Source of the DNA: Chloroflexota bacterium
GTDB taxonomy: Bacteria; Chloroflexota; Limnocylindria; Limnocylindrales; CSP1-4
Length of the DNA stretch: 64,000 nucleotides
Assembly (NCBI GenBank): GCA_005889475.1
Contig: VBGT01000027.1
Coordinates: 1,354 to 65,353 of the forward strand
Direction: 5' to 3'
Shown: piece after piece, positions 7,390-18,963 of the stretch
Position numbering within the stretch: position 1 is the stretch's first letter
Layout of the letters: every line of letters starts with the position of its first letter
Notes under the pieces: generated by a model
The model's database searches: none
What the model was told of the DNA's origin: nothing
Seen by the model: only the letters and a program-made list of their open reading frames with translations
Translations under genes and position numbers: made by a program

Positions 7390-8523
7390 TCAGGCAGCCG
7401 CGCCCGCGAGCCGGTCCGGCGAGGGCTCGACCGGGGCGTGGTCCGTCTCCGCCAGTGCCTGCCGGAACGCGTCGATGGCCGTCTCGATGTCGGCCTGCTC
7501 GACGCCGTAGTGGGTGACGGCACGGACCTGGCCGTGGGGGTAGGCGACCAGCAGCACGCCGCGCCGCTCGAGTGCATCAATGAACGCCGGGCGGTCGCGC
7601 TCGACCTTGAAGATGACGAAGTTCGTGGTCACCCGGGCGGGATCGAGGCGGCCCGGGGTTGGTTGCGCGACGTCGCCGGCGGAGACGATGCCGTCCATCT
7701 CGGCCAGTGCCTCGGCCAGGCGGCGCGCGTTCGCATGGTCGTCGGCCAGGCGCTCGATCATGCCCGCGGGCCCGTCGCGCAGCGCGAGCAGCCCGGGCGC
7801 GGCAAGTACGCCGACCTGGCGCATCCCGCCGCCGAGCAGCTTCCGTGCCCGGCGCGCCTTCCAGATGAAGTCGCGGCTTCCCACGACGACGCTGCCGACC
7901 GGGCAGGCGAGGGCCTTGGACAGGCAGAACGTCAGGCTGTCGGCGGGCCCGGCGAGGTCCGTCGGGCGATCGCCCAGGGCCACGACCGCGTTCCAGAATC
8001 GGGCGCCGTCGACGTGCAGCGGTACGCCTCCATCGCGCGCAACCTGAGCGATCTCGCGCGTGTACGCCGCCGACAGCGGCTGGTTCATGGTGTGCGCGTT
8101 GGCGTTCTCGATTGCGACCAGACCGGTGATCGGCTCGTGGACGTCGGTGGGGTCCCGGAACGCGGCGCGAACCTCGCCGGGGTCGAGCGTGCCGTCCGGC
8201 CGCTCGCGGATCACCCGGATCGAGCTGCCCACGACGACCGCGTGGCTCGCGGCTTCGTCCATGACGATGTGGCTCTGCTCGCCGGCAATCGTCTCCTCGC
8301 CGCGGGCGAGGTGCGCCATCTGGGCCACGAGGTTGCCCATCGCGCCGGAGGCGACGAACAGCCCGGCCTCCTTGCCGAGGAGCTCGGCAGCGCGCTCCTC
8401 GAGGGCGATGACGGTCGGGTCGTCGCCGAAGACGTCGTCGCCGACCTCGGCCTCGGCCATGGCTCGGCGCATCTCGGGCGTGGGCTTCGTGACCGTATCC
8501 GAGCGAAGGTCGATGACCGGCAT
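7390..8523 (-). CDS. ltaE: low-specificity L-threonine aldolase (PLP-dependent)
   Basis: [20 protein letters not shown]-terminus. [12 protein letters not shown] carries the PLP-lysine motif. Confidence 0.85.
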   Translation of the reverse strand: MPVIDLRSDTVTKPTPEMRRAMAEAEVGDDVFGDDPTVIALEERAAELLGKEAGLFVASGAMGNLVAQMAHLARGEETIAGEQSHIVMDEAASHAVVVGSSIRVIRERPDGTLDPGEVRAAFRDPTDVHEPITGLVAIENANAHTMNQPLSAAYTREIAQVARDGGVPLHVDGARFWNAVVALGDRPTDLAGPADSLTFCLSKALACPVGSVVVGSRDFIWKARRARKLLGGGMRQVGVLAAPGLLALRDGPAGMIERLADDHANARRLAEALAEMDGIVSAGDVAQPTPGRLDPARVTTNFVIFKVERDRPAFIDALERRGVLLVAYPHGQVRAVTHYGVEQADIETAIDAFRQALAETDHAPVEPSPDRLAGAAA

Positions 8524-8575
8524 TGGCCCGCGAGGATAGCGCGGATGGGTCTGCTATCCTCCGCGTTCGCCGCAC

Positions 8576-8652
8576 GGACCCGTGGTGTAGCGGCCCAACA
8601 TGCCAGCCTGTCACGCTGGAGATCGCCGGTTCGAATCCGGTCGGGTCCGCCA
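8576..8652 (+). tRNA. tRNA-Asp: tRNA-Asp (anticodon GTC), CCA encoded
   Basis: Hand-folded cloverleaf. Acceptor GGACCCG/CGGGTCC, D stem GTGT/ACAT, anticodon stem CCAGC/GCTGG with loop CTGTCAC. T arm GCCGG-TTCGAAT-CCGGT, discriminator G, CCA. Total 77 nt. Confidence 0.95.
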
Positions 8653-8669
8653 CACGACCGCATCCATCC

Positions 8670-8701
8670 GACGCCCCGTTCGCCCGCCCGAACGGGGCGT
8701 C
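8670..8701 (+). terminator. 13-bp stem-loop after tRNA-Asp (GACGCCCCGTTCG-CCCGCC-CGAACGGGGCGTC) followed by TCTTCG
   Basis: Read directly. Perfect inverted repeat 18 nt after the tRNA 3' end. Confidence 0.5.
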
Positions 8702-8783
8702 TCTTCGCCCGCTACGCGGGTCAGGGCCCGCCCGGTACCTTCGTCGGACGGACGAGGGTGGTGCGTGCAGGCATCCTTCGTTC

Positions 8784-9371
8784 GTGATCGGCTCGATCGG
8801 GTCGCGTCTTCGGCTCGTCCTGCGGCAGCCGGGCTTGAACCGCGCTGTCGGCGCGGTCGACGCGTCGGACCTGCCCGAGGTCGAGTTCGTCGCGTACTCC
8901 ACGAGCGAGCGCCTGTCCGGGCGTATCCGGCTCGATGCGGCGCGCCTCACCGACATGCTCAACGCCCATCGCGAGTACGTGCTCGTGGACGCCCTCGCCG
9001 AGCGACTGCCGGAGGGCGGCTCGATGGTCGTCCCGGAGATCCTCATCCGGCGCCACGAGCTCGCGCTCGTGCGCGTGGGCGGGCCGCGCGGCGATCGCGC
9101 GCTCCGCATCCCGACCACGAAGCACCGCCTCGTGATGCGCTCGGGCCGCTACCTGATCGCCGGCCGGCTGCACAGCCATGCCGGCGAGGACCCCCTGGCC
9201 GCGCTGCGCCGGCGCGATCCGATGGTGCCGCTGACCGACGCATCGATCATGTTCCGCGTCCGCGCCGACATCGTCGAAGAACCGGCAGGCACGATCGTCG
9301 TCAACCGCGACCTCGTCGAGTGGGTCCGCGAGGGCGAGCTGGACGCACGGAGCTTCGACCTCCCAGCCTAG
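8784..9371 (+). CDS. hypothetical protein with two tandem ~70-aa repeat modules
   Basis: ORF 8523..9371 trimmed, because its 5' part overlaps the tRNA. GTG 8784 is the first in-frame start downstream of the tRNA and its terminator. GC-rich third positions. No family recognised. Confidence 0.4.
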   Translation: MIGSIGSRLRLVLRQPGLNRAVGAVDASDLPEVEFVAYSTSERLSGRIRLDAARLTDMLNAHREYVLVDALAERLPEGGSMVVPEILIRRHELALVRVGGPRGDRALRIPTTKHRLVMRSGRYLIAGRLHSHAGEDPLAALRRRDPMVPLTDASIMFRVRADIVEEPAGTIVVNRDLVEWVREGELDARSFDLPA

Positions 9372-9425
9372 CCAGCGGCCGCGCCAGCCTCTCGGGCCGC
9401 GACGTCGTTTGCTTACCATGCAGCC

Positions 9426-10664
9426 GTGCCGCCCGAGCCGAACCCCGGACCCCTGGCCGGCCTCCGCATCGTCGACTGCTCGACCGTCCTCGCCGGGCCC
9501 TTCTGCACGATGCTCCTGGGCGACCTCGGCGCCGACGTGATCAAGGTGGAGCCGCCGGAGGGCGACGCGACACGCGGCTGGGGCCCGCCCTGGGTCGGCT
9601 CGAAGACCGATGGCTCGCGGACGGCGGCCTACTACCTCGCCGTGAACCGCAACAAGCGCAGCCTTCGCCTCGACCTCTCGCGTGACGAGGGTCGGGAGGT
9701 GCTTGCGGCACTCCTGCGCGCCGCCGACGCCGTCGTCGAGAACTTCCGGGTCGGTGGATTCGCCAGGCTTGGCTTCTCCGACGAGATCCTGCGCGAGCTC
9801 AATCCCGGACTCATCCACCTCGCGATCAGCGGCTTCGGGACGCGCGGCCCCGACGCCGACAAGCCCGGCTACGACTTCGTGATCCAGGCCGTGGGCGGGC
9901 TGATGTCGATCACGGGCGAGCCCGAGGGCCGGCCGATGAAGGTCGGCGTGGCGATCAGCGACGTGGTCAGCGGCCTGTTCGGCGCCGTCGCGGTGCTCGC
10001 CGGCCTGGTGGCGCGGGAGCGCGACGGCGCGAGAACGAGCGGACCGCCCGCCGGCCAGCGGATCGACGTGTCGCTGCTCCAGAGCACGCTCGCCGTGCTG
10101 GTGAACCAGGCCCAGAACGCGCTCGTGACCGGAAGGGTGCCGATCCGGCGCGGCAACGCCCACCCGAGCATCGTCCCGTACGAGACGTTCGCCACCGCCG
10201 ACGGTGAGATCGCGATCGGCGTCGGCAGCGAGCGCCAGTGGGCGCGTTTCGGGCCCGCGATCGGGCTGCCCGAGCTCGCCACGGAGGCGCGGTTCGCCAC
10301 GAACGGTGACCGGGTCGAGCATCGCGCCGAGCTGATCCCAATCCTCGCCGCACGGTTCCAGACCGCAACCAGCGCCTCGTGGCTGCGCGCCCTCGATGGG
10401 GCGGGCATCCCCGCCGGGCCGATCCTGGACCTGCCGGCCGCGTTCTCGTCGCCCCAGGCGGTCGCGCTGGGCAGCCGCGTCCCGGTGCGCCACGACATCC
10501 TCGGCCAGGTCGACCAGGTGGGCATCCCGTTCGAGCTGTCGGCGACGCCGGCGGGGATCCGGACGCCCCCGCCGATGCTCGGCGAGCACAGCGCCGAGAT
10601 CCTGGCCGAGGCGGGCTACGGCCCCGACGCGATCGAGCGGCTCGGGAGCGAAGGGGTCATCTAG
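9426..10664 (+). CDS. CoA-transferase family III protein (CaiB/BaiF type)
   Basis: GLRIVDCSTVLAGPFCTMLLGDLGADVIKVE N-terminal signature. TACCAT -10 box ends 6 nt before GTG 9426, which suggests a leaderless mRNA. Confidence 0.85.
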   Translation: MPPEPNPGPLAGLRIVDCSTVLAGPFCTMLLGDLGADVIKVEPPEGDATRGWGPPWVGSKTDGSRTAAYYLAVNRNKRSLRLDLSRDEGREVLAALLRAADAVVENFRVGGFARLGFSDEILRELNPGLIHLAISGFGTRGPDADKPGYDFVIQAVGGLMSITGEPEGRPMKVGVAISDVVSGLFGAVAVLAGLVARERDGARTSGPPAGQRIDVSLLQSTLAVLVNQAQNALVTGRVPIRRGNAHPSIVPYETFATADGEIAIGVGSERQWARFGPAIGLPELATEARFATNGDRVEHRAELIPILAARFQTATSASWLRALDGAGIPAGPILDLPAAFSSPQAVALGSRVPVRHDILGQVDQVGIPFELSATPAGIRTPPPMLGEHSAEILAEAGYGPDAIERLGSEGVI

Positions 10665-10696
10665 GCCGTCGCCGGCTGCGCGATCTGCGCCAAGGG

Positions 10697-13039
<2,343 letters not shown>

Positions 13040-13042
13040 CGC

Positions 13043-13525
13043 TCAGCCCGCAGCTTTCTTCACGAGCTCCGAGATCCGGGACTCGACCTTGGGCGTCAGC
13101 TTTGTCACCGCGAACTCGGTGCCCCACATCTCGCCATCGTCGAGGCTTGCGTCGGGTTGGAAGCCGAACGTGGAGTAGCGGACCTTGAACTTCGACTTGG
13201 GCTTGAAAAAGGCGATGACCTTGCCGTCCTTGCCCTCCCTCGCGTACGCCGGCATCCCGTAGTAGGTCTTCGGCACGAGTGCGGGAACGGCGGCCGTGAC
13301 GATGGCGTGGATCCGCTCGCCCATCGCGCGGTCATCGGCGGGCATCTTGGCGAGGCTCGCCCGCAGGTCCTGCAGGCCCTCGGCGCGCTCCTCGGCTGGG
13401 CTGCGACCAGAGGCCGACTTTCGCTCGCGGGCGGTCGCGGCGACCGCCGCGCGCTCTTCCTCGGTGAACACCTTGTCATCGTTGCGCGTTTCGTAGCGGT
13501 TCTTGGTTGCCTGCTTGGTGGGCAC
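13043..13525 (-). CDS. DUF1801 (YdhG-like) domain protein
   Basis: C-terminal YYGMPAYAREGKDGKVIAFFKPKSKFKVRYSTFGFQ pattern. GTG 13525 is preceded by AGGAGG at good spacing. Confidence 0.6.
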   Translation of the reverse strand: MPTKQATKNRYETRNDDKVFTEEERAAVAATARERKSASGRSPAEERAEGLQDLRASLAKMPADDRAMGERIHAIVTAAVPALVPKTYYGMPAYAREGKDGKVIAFFKPKSKFKVRYSTFGFQPDASLDDGEMWGTEFAVTKLTPKVESRISELVKKAAG

Positions 13526-13552
13526 TTCGTGGCCTCCTATCGTGGGGTGGGC

Positions 13553-13984
13553 TCAGGCGGTCGCCTTCTGCGCGGCCTTGCCCTGCTGGAGGATCCGGAT
13601 CGGATTGCCGAACGGATCGCGGATGCCCATGTCGGTGCCGTAGAAGTGGTCCGTGGGCTCCTGGGTGAAGTCGGTGACGCCCCGCTCCTTGAGCATGTCG
13701 TACAGGCCGCGCGCATCGTCGGTGATGAACACGAGCCCGCCCAGTGCGCCCTTCGTGATGAGCTCCCGGAGCTGCGCCGCGGTCGCTTCGTCATGCAATG
13801 GCGCGCCCGGCTGCTCCAGCGAGACCTCCGTGCCCGGCTGGCCGGGTACGCGGATCGTCAGCCAACGGTACTCACCCTGGCGGACGTCGTTGCCCTTTTC
13901 GAGCCCGAGCTTGTTGACGTAGAAGTCGAGCGCCTCGTCCTTGTCGAGGACGTAGATCGAAGTGACATTGAGCCTGGTGATCAT
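13553..13984 (-). CDS. VOC family protein (glyoxalase/bleomycin-resistance fold)
   Basis: MITRLNVTSIYVLDKDEALDFYVNKLGLEK...FGNPIRILQ. ATG 13984 behind ACAGGAGAA. Confidence 0.8.
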   Translation of the reverse strand: MITRLNVTSIYVLDKDEALDFYVNKLGLEKGNDVRQGEYRWLTIRVPGQPGTEVSLEQPGAPLHDEATAAQLRELITKGALGGLVFITDDARGLYDMLKERGVTDFTQEPTDHFYGTDMGIRDPFGNPIRILQQGKAAQKATA

Positions 13985-14030
13985 CTTGGTTGGTTCTCCT
14001 GTGTGGGGGTAGATGCGGACGTCACGCACC

Positions 14031-14483
14031 CTAGGACGCGATGGCGGGGTTCGCTTCTCCAAAACTGCTCGATTGCGTCGACTCTCCGGCCGCCGCTCTG
14101 GGCCGCATCGCCGCCAGCTGAACGCAGTGGGGCGCGACGATTGGACCATTGCCCAACCGGTATCCCGATGGGGTTTCGCCCACGATCCTGCGGAAGGTGC
14201 GGCTGAATGTCCCAAGGCTCGTAAAGCCCACGTCGAAGCAGACCTCGGTCACGCTCCGATCGGTCTCGCGGAGCAGAAACATCGAGCGCTCGACCCTCCG
14301 TCGCTGCAGGTATCGGTGCGGCGTCTCGCCGAAGACGGCACGGAAGCTGCGGCTGAAGTGCGCGGGCGAGATGTAGGCCACCGCGGCCACGGCGCGGACG
14401 TCGAGCGGCTCGGCGTAGGCGCGGTCCATTGCGTCGCGAGCGCGCAGCAGGCGCCGGTTGAGATCCTCGGCTTCTCGGCTCAC
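14031..14483 (-). CDS. AraC family transcriptional regulator (HTH domain only, short)
   Basis: ISPAHFSRSFRAVFGETPHRYLQRRRV...VGFTSLGTFSRTFRRIVGETPSGY. GTG 14483 lies 4 nt after the permease stop. Confidence 0.8.
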   Translation of the reverse strand: MSREAEDLNRRLLRARDAMDRAYAEPLDVRAVAAVAYISPAHFSRSFRAVFGETPHRYLQRRRVERSMFLLRETDRSVTEVCFDVGFTSLGTFSRTFRRIVGETPSGYRLGNGPIVAPHCVQLAAMRPRAAAGESTQSSSFGEANPAIAS

Positions 14484-14487
14484 GTGC

Positions 14488-15255
14488 TCAAAGATCCTCT
14501 CGCCGGAAGCGTAGCCAGGCAACGCCGAGCGCCGCCGCGATCAACGCGATCGACGCAGCGACGGTCCGGCCCGGGTCGACGTCGGGGCCGAGCTCGCCAA
14601 GGACCGTGGCCTGGGCGACCTCGGCGAGGCCCGTCGGGAGCCATGGATTCAGGGTGATCACCGTCGACGCGAGCGCCAGTACGGCGAAGGCCATGAACCC
14701 GATCGCGGCCGCGCCGGCCGGCGATCGAACGGAACTCGAGGCCGCGAGCGTGATCGCCGCGTAGACGAGGGCCGACAACCAGGCGAGGAGCCACAGCTGC
14801 GCCCAGTCGATCACGGACTGCGGCTCGAAGAGGAGCGCGACGTAGAGCCAAGCGGCGACGACGGTGAGCGCCGTCGCCAGGCCGAGGATGAGCGCCAGGG
14901 CCACGAACTTGGCCCACAGGAACGCGCCACGGCTGACCGGCTTGGCCAGGACGAACGACGCCGTGCCGGCGGCTCGCTCGGTCGCGATGCTGCCCATCGC
15001 CAGGAAGATGGCCGCGACGGCGCCGAGCTGCCACAGCAGGCGGACCAGGACGTCGACGACGTCGGGCACCCCGGTCTGGTTGATTCCGATCTCCGGGTCG
15101 ACCTGGCCGAACACCCGCGTGATCGCAGGGAGAGACTGGACGACGATCGGCAAGGCAATCCCGAGGACGACGAACAGGCCGCACACGACCGCGATTCGGT
15201 ACGAGCGCCAGGCCTCCACGACCTCCTTCTCGAGGATCGCTCGGTAGCCTCTCAC
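14488..15255 (-). CDS. ABC-2 type transporter permease
   Basis: Multi-TM hydrophobic protein. GTG 15255 overlaps the ATPase stop (GTGA). Confidence 0.75.
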   Translation of the reverse strand: MRGYRAILEKEVVEAWRSYRIAVVCGLFVVLGIALPIVVQSLPAITRVFGQVDPEIGINQTGVPDVVDVLVRLLWQLGAVAAIFLAMGSIATERAAGTASFVLAKPVSRGAFLWAKFVALALILGLATALTVVAAWLYVALLFEPQSVIDWAQLWLLAWLSALVYAAITLAASSSVRSPAGAAAIGFMAFAVLALASTVITLNPWLPTGLAEVAQATVLGELGPDVDPGRTVAASIALIAAALGVAWLRFRREDL

Positions 15256-16196
15256 TGGACCACGTCCCGAAGCTGGCCCACGAGCGCCGAGATGTCGGTC
15301 CGTTCCCTCCGGACTGCCACGATCGGGAGGCCCGTCGCGACCACCGCCGGGAACAGCTCCCGGCCGGCGCGGACCTCGTCGGCGATGCCGACGCGGAGGA
15401 TGCCCCCGACCACGCGGACCTTGCGTACCCACGCCTCTCGCCCGAGGCGCGCGACGAGGCCGCCGAGGGCGAGGCCCGACCCAGGCTCGACCTCGATGAC
15501 GTACTCCGACGCCGCAACCCGTTCGAGCAGCTCGGGGATGGACGCGCGCATCACGGCGCGTCCTCCGTCGAGGACGACCACGCTGTCGCAGGCCGCCTCG
15601 GCGAGATCGAGGTCACCGGTCGCGATGACCATCGTCATCGACTGGCGAAGCCCGCGCAGGAGGGCCAGCATCTCCTCCCGCCCGGCCGCTTCGAGCCAGC
15701 CGAGCGGCTCATCGAGGAGCAGCACGTCCGGCTCACCGATGACCGCCTGGGCGATCCCGAGCCGCTGGCGCATCGACAGGGGGTAGTCGTCGATCTTTCG
15801 ATCGGCGGCGTCGGCGAGGCCGACCCATCCGAGCCTGGCTTCGATCCGGGCGGGAGCCTCCGTGCGGCCGATCCCGAGCAGCTCGGCCGTGAAGGCAAGC
15901 AGCTCGCGGCCCGTCATCCAGTCGTAGAAGGACGGCTCCTGATCGAGGACGCCCACCCTGTCGCGCGCGGCGAGGCCGCGGCGCGAGTCGAGTGGCACCC
16001 CCGCGAGCGTCACCGAGCCGAATGTCGGGCGGGCGAGGCCGGCCAGCAGCCGCATCGCGACGGACTTGCCCGCGGCACTCTCGCCCACGAGGCCGAGGCA
16101 CGTGCCGATCGGGACCTCCAGGTCAAGATGGTCGAGCGCGAGGACCTTGCCGAAGCGCTTCGTCAGTCCGCGCGCTTCGATGACGAGCTCGTGCAC
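15252..16196 (-). CDS. ABC transporter ATP-binding protein (DrrA-like, ABC-2 exporter)
   Basis: Walker A GESAAGKS, signature LSMRQRLG, Walker B VLLLDEP. TACGGT -10 box ends 7 nt before GTG 16196, which suggests a leaderless mRNA. Confidence 0.9.
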   Translation of the reverse strand: MHELVIEARGLTKRFGKVLALDHLDLEVPIGTCLGLVGESAAGKSVAMRLLAGLARPTFGSVTLAGVPLDSRRGLAARDRVGVLDQEPSFYDWMTGRELLAFTAELLGIGRTEAPARIEARLGWVGLADAADRKIDDYPLSMRQRLGIAQAVIGEPDVLLLDEPLGWLEAAGREEMLALLRGLRQSMTMVIATGDLDLAEAACDSVVVLDGGRAVMRASIPELLERVAASEYVIEVEPGSGLALGGLVARLGREAWVRKVRVVGGILRVGIADEVRAGRELFPAVVATGLPIVAVRRERTDISALVGQLRDVVQ

Positions 16197-16327
16197 CGCG
16201 TCACCGTACCCGGGGAGCCGGTCTGCGTCCTCCGGGGCGAGCGTGGCAGTGCTTCACGCCGCCCTTGCTAGACTCGCCGCGCCGGCGTCGCCGCCTCTCG
16301 AAACGCCGGGTGGAGGGACCTTCGACG

Positions 16328-17149
16328 ATGGCCGATTCCCGCGACCGCTGGGCGCTCATCCTCGGCGGCTCGTCGGGTATGGGCGAGGCGACCGCCCGCG
16401 CGCTCGCCGCCGCCGGATACAACGTCTGCGGGATCCATCTCGACTTCCGCGCCGGGCTGCAGCACGTCGACGAGCTCAAGGCCGACCTGGCGAAGGCCGG
16501 CGCCGAGGTGCTGTACGTGAACATGAACGCGGCCGACGACGAGAAGCGCGCCGCGGCCCTCGCCGAGCTGGGCGCCCGCTTCGAGGCCGCTCGCGCCGGG
16601 GGCCGAGATCCGTATGTCCGGGTGGTCATGCACTCGCTCGCGTTCGGCAGTCTCGTCCCGTTCATCGCCGACGACCCGAAGGCAGCGGTCGACCGCAAGA
16701 AGATGGAGATGACCCAGGACGTGATGGCGAACAGCCTCGTGTACTGGGTCCAGGACCTGTACCGCGGCGGGTTCCTCCGCGAGGGCTCGAAGGTCTACGC
16801 CATGACCTCGGAGGGCTCGTCCCGGGTCGTGCCCTCGTACGGGGTCGTGTCGTCGGCCAAGGCGGCGCTCGAGTCCCACGTCCGGCAGCTGGCGATGGAG
16901 CTCGGTCGGCTTGGGTCGGGCATCACGATCAACTCGATTCGAGCGGGCGTGACCAAGACCCCGGCGCTCATGAAGATCCCGGAGCACGAGATGATCATCG
17001 CCTCGGCCATGGCCCGGAACCCGACGGGGCGGATGACCACGACCCAGGACGTCGCCAACGCGATCGTTGCCCTCTCGGGCGAGGGCACGGGTTTCATCAG
17101 CGGCGAGATCATCGGCGTCGACGGCGGGGAGTTCATCACCGGCTCGTGA
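16328..17149 (+). CDS. SDR family oxidoreductase (enoyl-reductase-like)
   Basis: ALILGGSSGMGEATARAL Rossmann motif, YGVVSSAKAAL (YxxxK). ATG 16328 behind GGTGGAGGGA. TAGACT -10 at 16269..16274. Confidence 0.85.
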   Translation: MADSRDRWALILGGSSGMGEATARALAAAGYNVCGIHLDFRAGLQHVDELKADLAKAGAEVLYVNMNAADDEKRAAALAELGARFEAARAGGRDPYVRVVMHSLAFGSLVPFIADDPKAAVDRKKMEMTQDVMANSLVYWVQDLYRGGFLREGSKVYAMTSEGSSRVVPSYGVVSSAKAALESHVRQLAMELGRLGSGITINSIRAGVTKTPALMKIPEHEMIIASAMARNPTGRMTTTQDVANAIVALSGEGTGFISGEIIGVDGGEFITGS

Positions 17150-17736
17150 CCGAGCGCGTGCCCACCTCGCTCCGCCCGTTCTATGCCGACTGGGCGGGCT
17201 ACAACCGCCGAACGATCGAGGGCCTCCGGACGCTGTCCGACGACGACCTCGCGTTGCTCGTTCTCTCCGTGCGCGACGGCGGCGGGGAGCCGTGGCCGGT
17301 CTGGGCGGTGGCCGGACATACGGCGGCGATGCGCGTCTTCTGGCTGTGCGATGTGTTCGGCGAGCCGGGAGCGGAGCTGACGCCGTTCGAGGGCGACACG
17401 CCGGGCTGGGAGGACGACCTCGCGCATCCCCGCACCGCTGCAGAGATCGCCGGCGCGTTCGAGTCGACATGGGCGATCGTCGCGGGCTGTCTCGACCGCT
17501 GGACGCCGGCCATGCTCGGCGACGAGATCCGTCGCGACGAGGCGGGTCGGCCCTCGGAGGTCCATACCCGCCAGTCGATCCTGCTCCGCCTGCTCAGCCA
17601 CGAGGCCTACCATCTCGGCGAGATCAACCTCGCGCTGGGTTCGAACGGCCGCGAGCCGATCAACCCCTGGCCCGGGCGCGAGTGGAAGCTGGGCGCGCCG
17701 GCGTGGTTCAGGGAAGGCGAGCACCCGCCCCGCTGA
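17146..17736 (+). CDS. DinB family protein
   Basis: C-terminal part of ORF 16066..17736. His-containing helices (GHTAAMRVFW, SHEAYHLGEI). GTG 17146 overlaps the SDR stop (GTGA). Confidence 0.65.
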   Translation: MTERVPTSLRPFYADWAGYNRRTIEGLRTLSDDDLALLVLSVRDGGGEPWPVWAVAGHTAAMRVFWLCDVFGEPGAELTPFEGDTPGWEDDLAHPRTAAEIAGAFESTWAIVAGCLDRWTPAMLGDEIRRDEAGRPSEVHTRQSILLRLLSHEAYHLGEINLALGSNGREPINPWPGREWKLGAPAWFREGEHPPR

Positions 17737-17759
17737 CGCCGTCATGCCACGCCGAGCCG

Positions 17760-18953
17760 CTAGGGCCCGTAGCGGGTGATCTCGACGTACGCCTCGCCGC
17801 CGACGGGCGCGCCGGCCTTCGTCGCGGCAACGGTCTGCGAGCCCTCCCAGTAGGCGACACCCGTGGTGGCGCGGGTATCGAGCTCCTGGTCGGGCACGGT
17901 CGGCGTCAGGTTGATCTCGTAGTCGTCGACGAGGACCTGCCACAGCGCCGGATACAGCTGGCCGGTCAAGGGGTTCAGATAGAAGCCCCCCTCGCCGGCG
18001 CTGATGTGGTCCTGGTCGAGGTGGCGGACCTCGCCCGCTGCCGTGACCAGCGTGCCGTATTGGACCATGGGTCCGCCTGCGGCGTCGAAGACGGTGGAGG
18101 ACGTGATGTCGGTCCCGTCGTCGAGGTTGATGGCGATCCAGTCCCAGCCCCCGGCGCCGACCGAGACGAAGTCGCCCCACTGGTGATCGAACCAGGCAAT
18201 GCCGTCGACCGCCACGCGTTGGCCGTCGAGCTCGAGCGTGCCCTTCGCTGTGAGCCTCGTTCGCGAGTAGTAGTACGAGCTGCCGGCCGGCCCGAAGTCG
18301 ACGAACCCGTCGCCGTCGTGGAACGCGGGCGGCTTCGTGGCCTGCAGGTCGAGCTGGAGCCCGAACGCGGCGCCGCTCGCCCGGGCCTCCTCCGGCGAAA
18401 GCGCCGCCTCGACGCGGTCCGAGCCGCTCGCGCCCGCGAGACGCCACGGTGCAGCGAGTTGCGGGGCACCGGCCGCGATCAGCGTCGGGCTGAGGCCGCT
18501 CACCTGCAGGTCGAACCCGGTCGGTGCGCCCGAGGCGCCGCGCGGCGAGTGATCGACCGCCGGCCCGATCTCGCTCCGCTGGGCGTAGTGGAACGTCCTG
18601 CCCTGCTCGTCGGTGAGGGCGAGGTGAGCGGCCCACGCCACGGGCACCGAGCCTCGCTCTGCTCGGAACACGACCGCCTCGAACCCGAAGCGCCGCCCGG
18701 CCTGCGTGCGCAGGTGGCCGGTGTAGTACCACCACTCGGTCAGCCGGTCGTGCGGCCCGTCGTCACGGGGCAGGTTGATCGGGATCGGGTCGGGTGCGTG
18801 CGACGGCCCGGCGCTGGGCGTTGGTGGCGCCGGAAAGACGATCGGGTCGTTGGCCAGGATCGGGGTCGTGCAGCCGGTCACGACCAGCGTGCCGGCAACG
18901 ACCATTGCGAGCCAGGGGGTCCGGCTGCGCGCGCGCTGGCTATTCACGAGCAC
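17760..18953 (-). CDS. CrtC/AttH-like (hydroxyneurosporene-synthase/lipocalin-like) lipoprotein
   Basis: EWWYYTGHL and AWFDHQWGDF motifs. Signal peptide with lipobox VVTGC. GTG 18953 lies 10 nt after the MMPL stop. Confidence 0.7.
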   Translation of the reverse strand: MLVNSQRARSRTPWLAMVVAGTLVVTGCTTPILANDPIVFPAPPTPSAGPSHAPDPIPINLPRDDGPHDRLTEWWYYTGHLRTQAGRRFGFEAVVFRAERGSVPVAWAAHLALTDEQGRTFHYAQRSEIGPAVDHSPRGASGAPTGFDLQVSGLSPTLIAAGAPQLAAPWRLAGASGSDRVEAALSPEEARASGAAFGLQLDLQATKPPAFHDGDGFVDFGPAGSSYYYSRTRLTAKGTLELDGQRVAVDGIAWFDHQWGDFVSVGAGGWDWIAINLDDGTDITSSTVFDAAGGPMVQYGTLVTAAGEVRHLDQDHISAGEGGFYLNPLTGQLYPALWQVLVDDYEINLTPTVPDQELDTRATTGVAYWEGSQTVAATKAGAPVGGEAYVEITRYGP

Positions 18954-18963
18954 GGCGTGCCCC

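Noticed and set aside
8523-8783. 5' extension of ORF 8523..9371
   Set aside because: It would run through tRNA-Asp and its terminator hairpin. It was trimmed to the first downstream in-frame start.
16066-17145. N-terminal 360 codons of the 556-aa ORF 16066..17736
   Set aside because: This is an alternative frame over the SDR gene and the ABC ATPase upstream region. Only the C-terminal part, from GTG 17146 (DinB-like), is coding.
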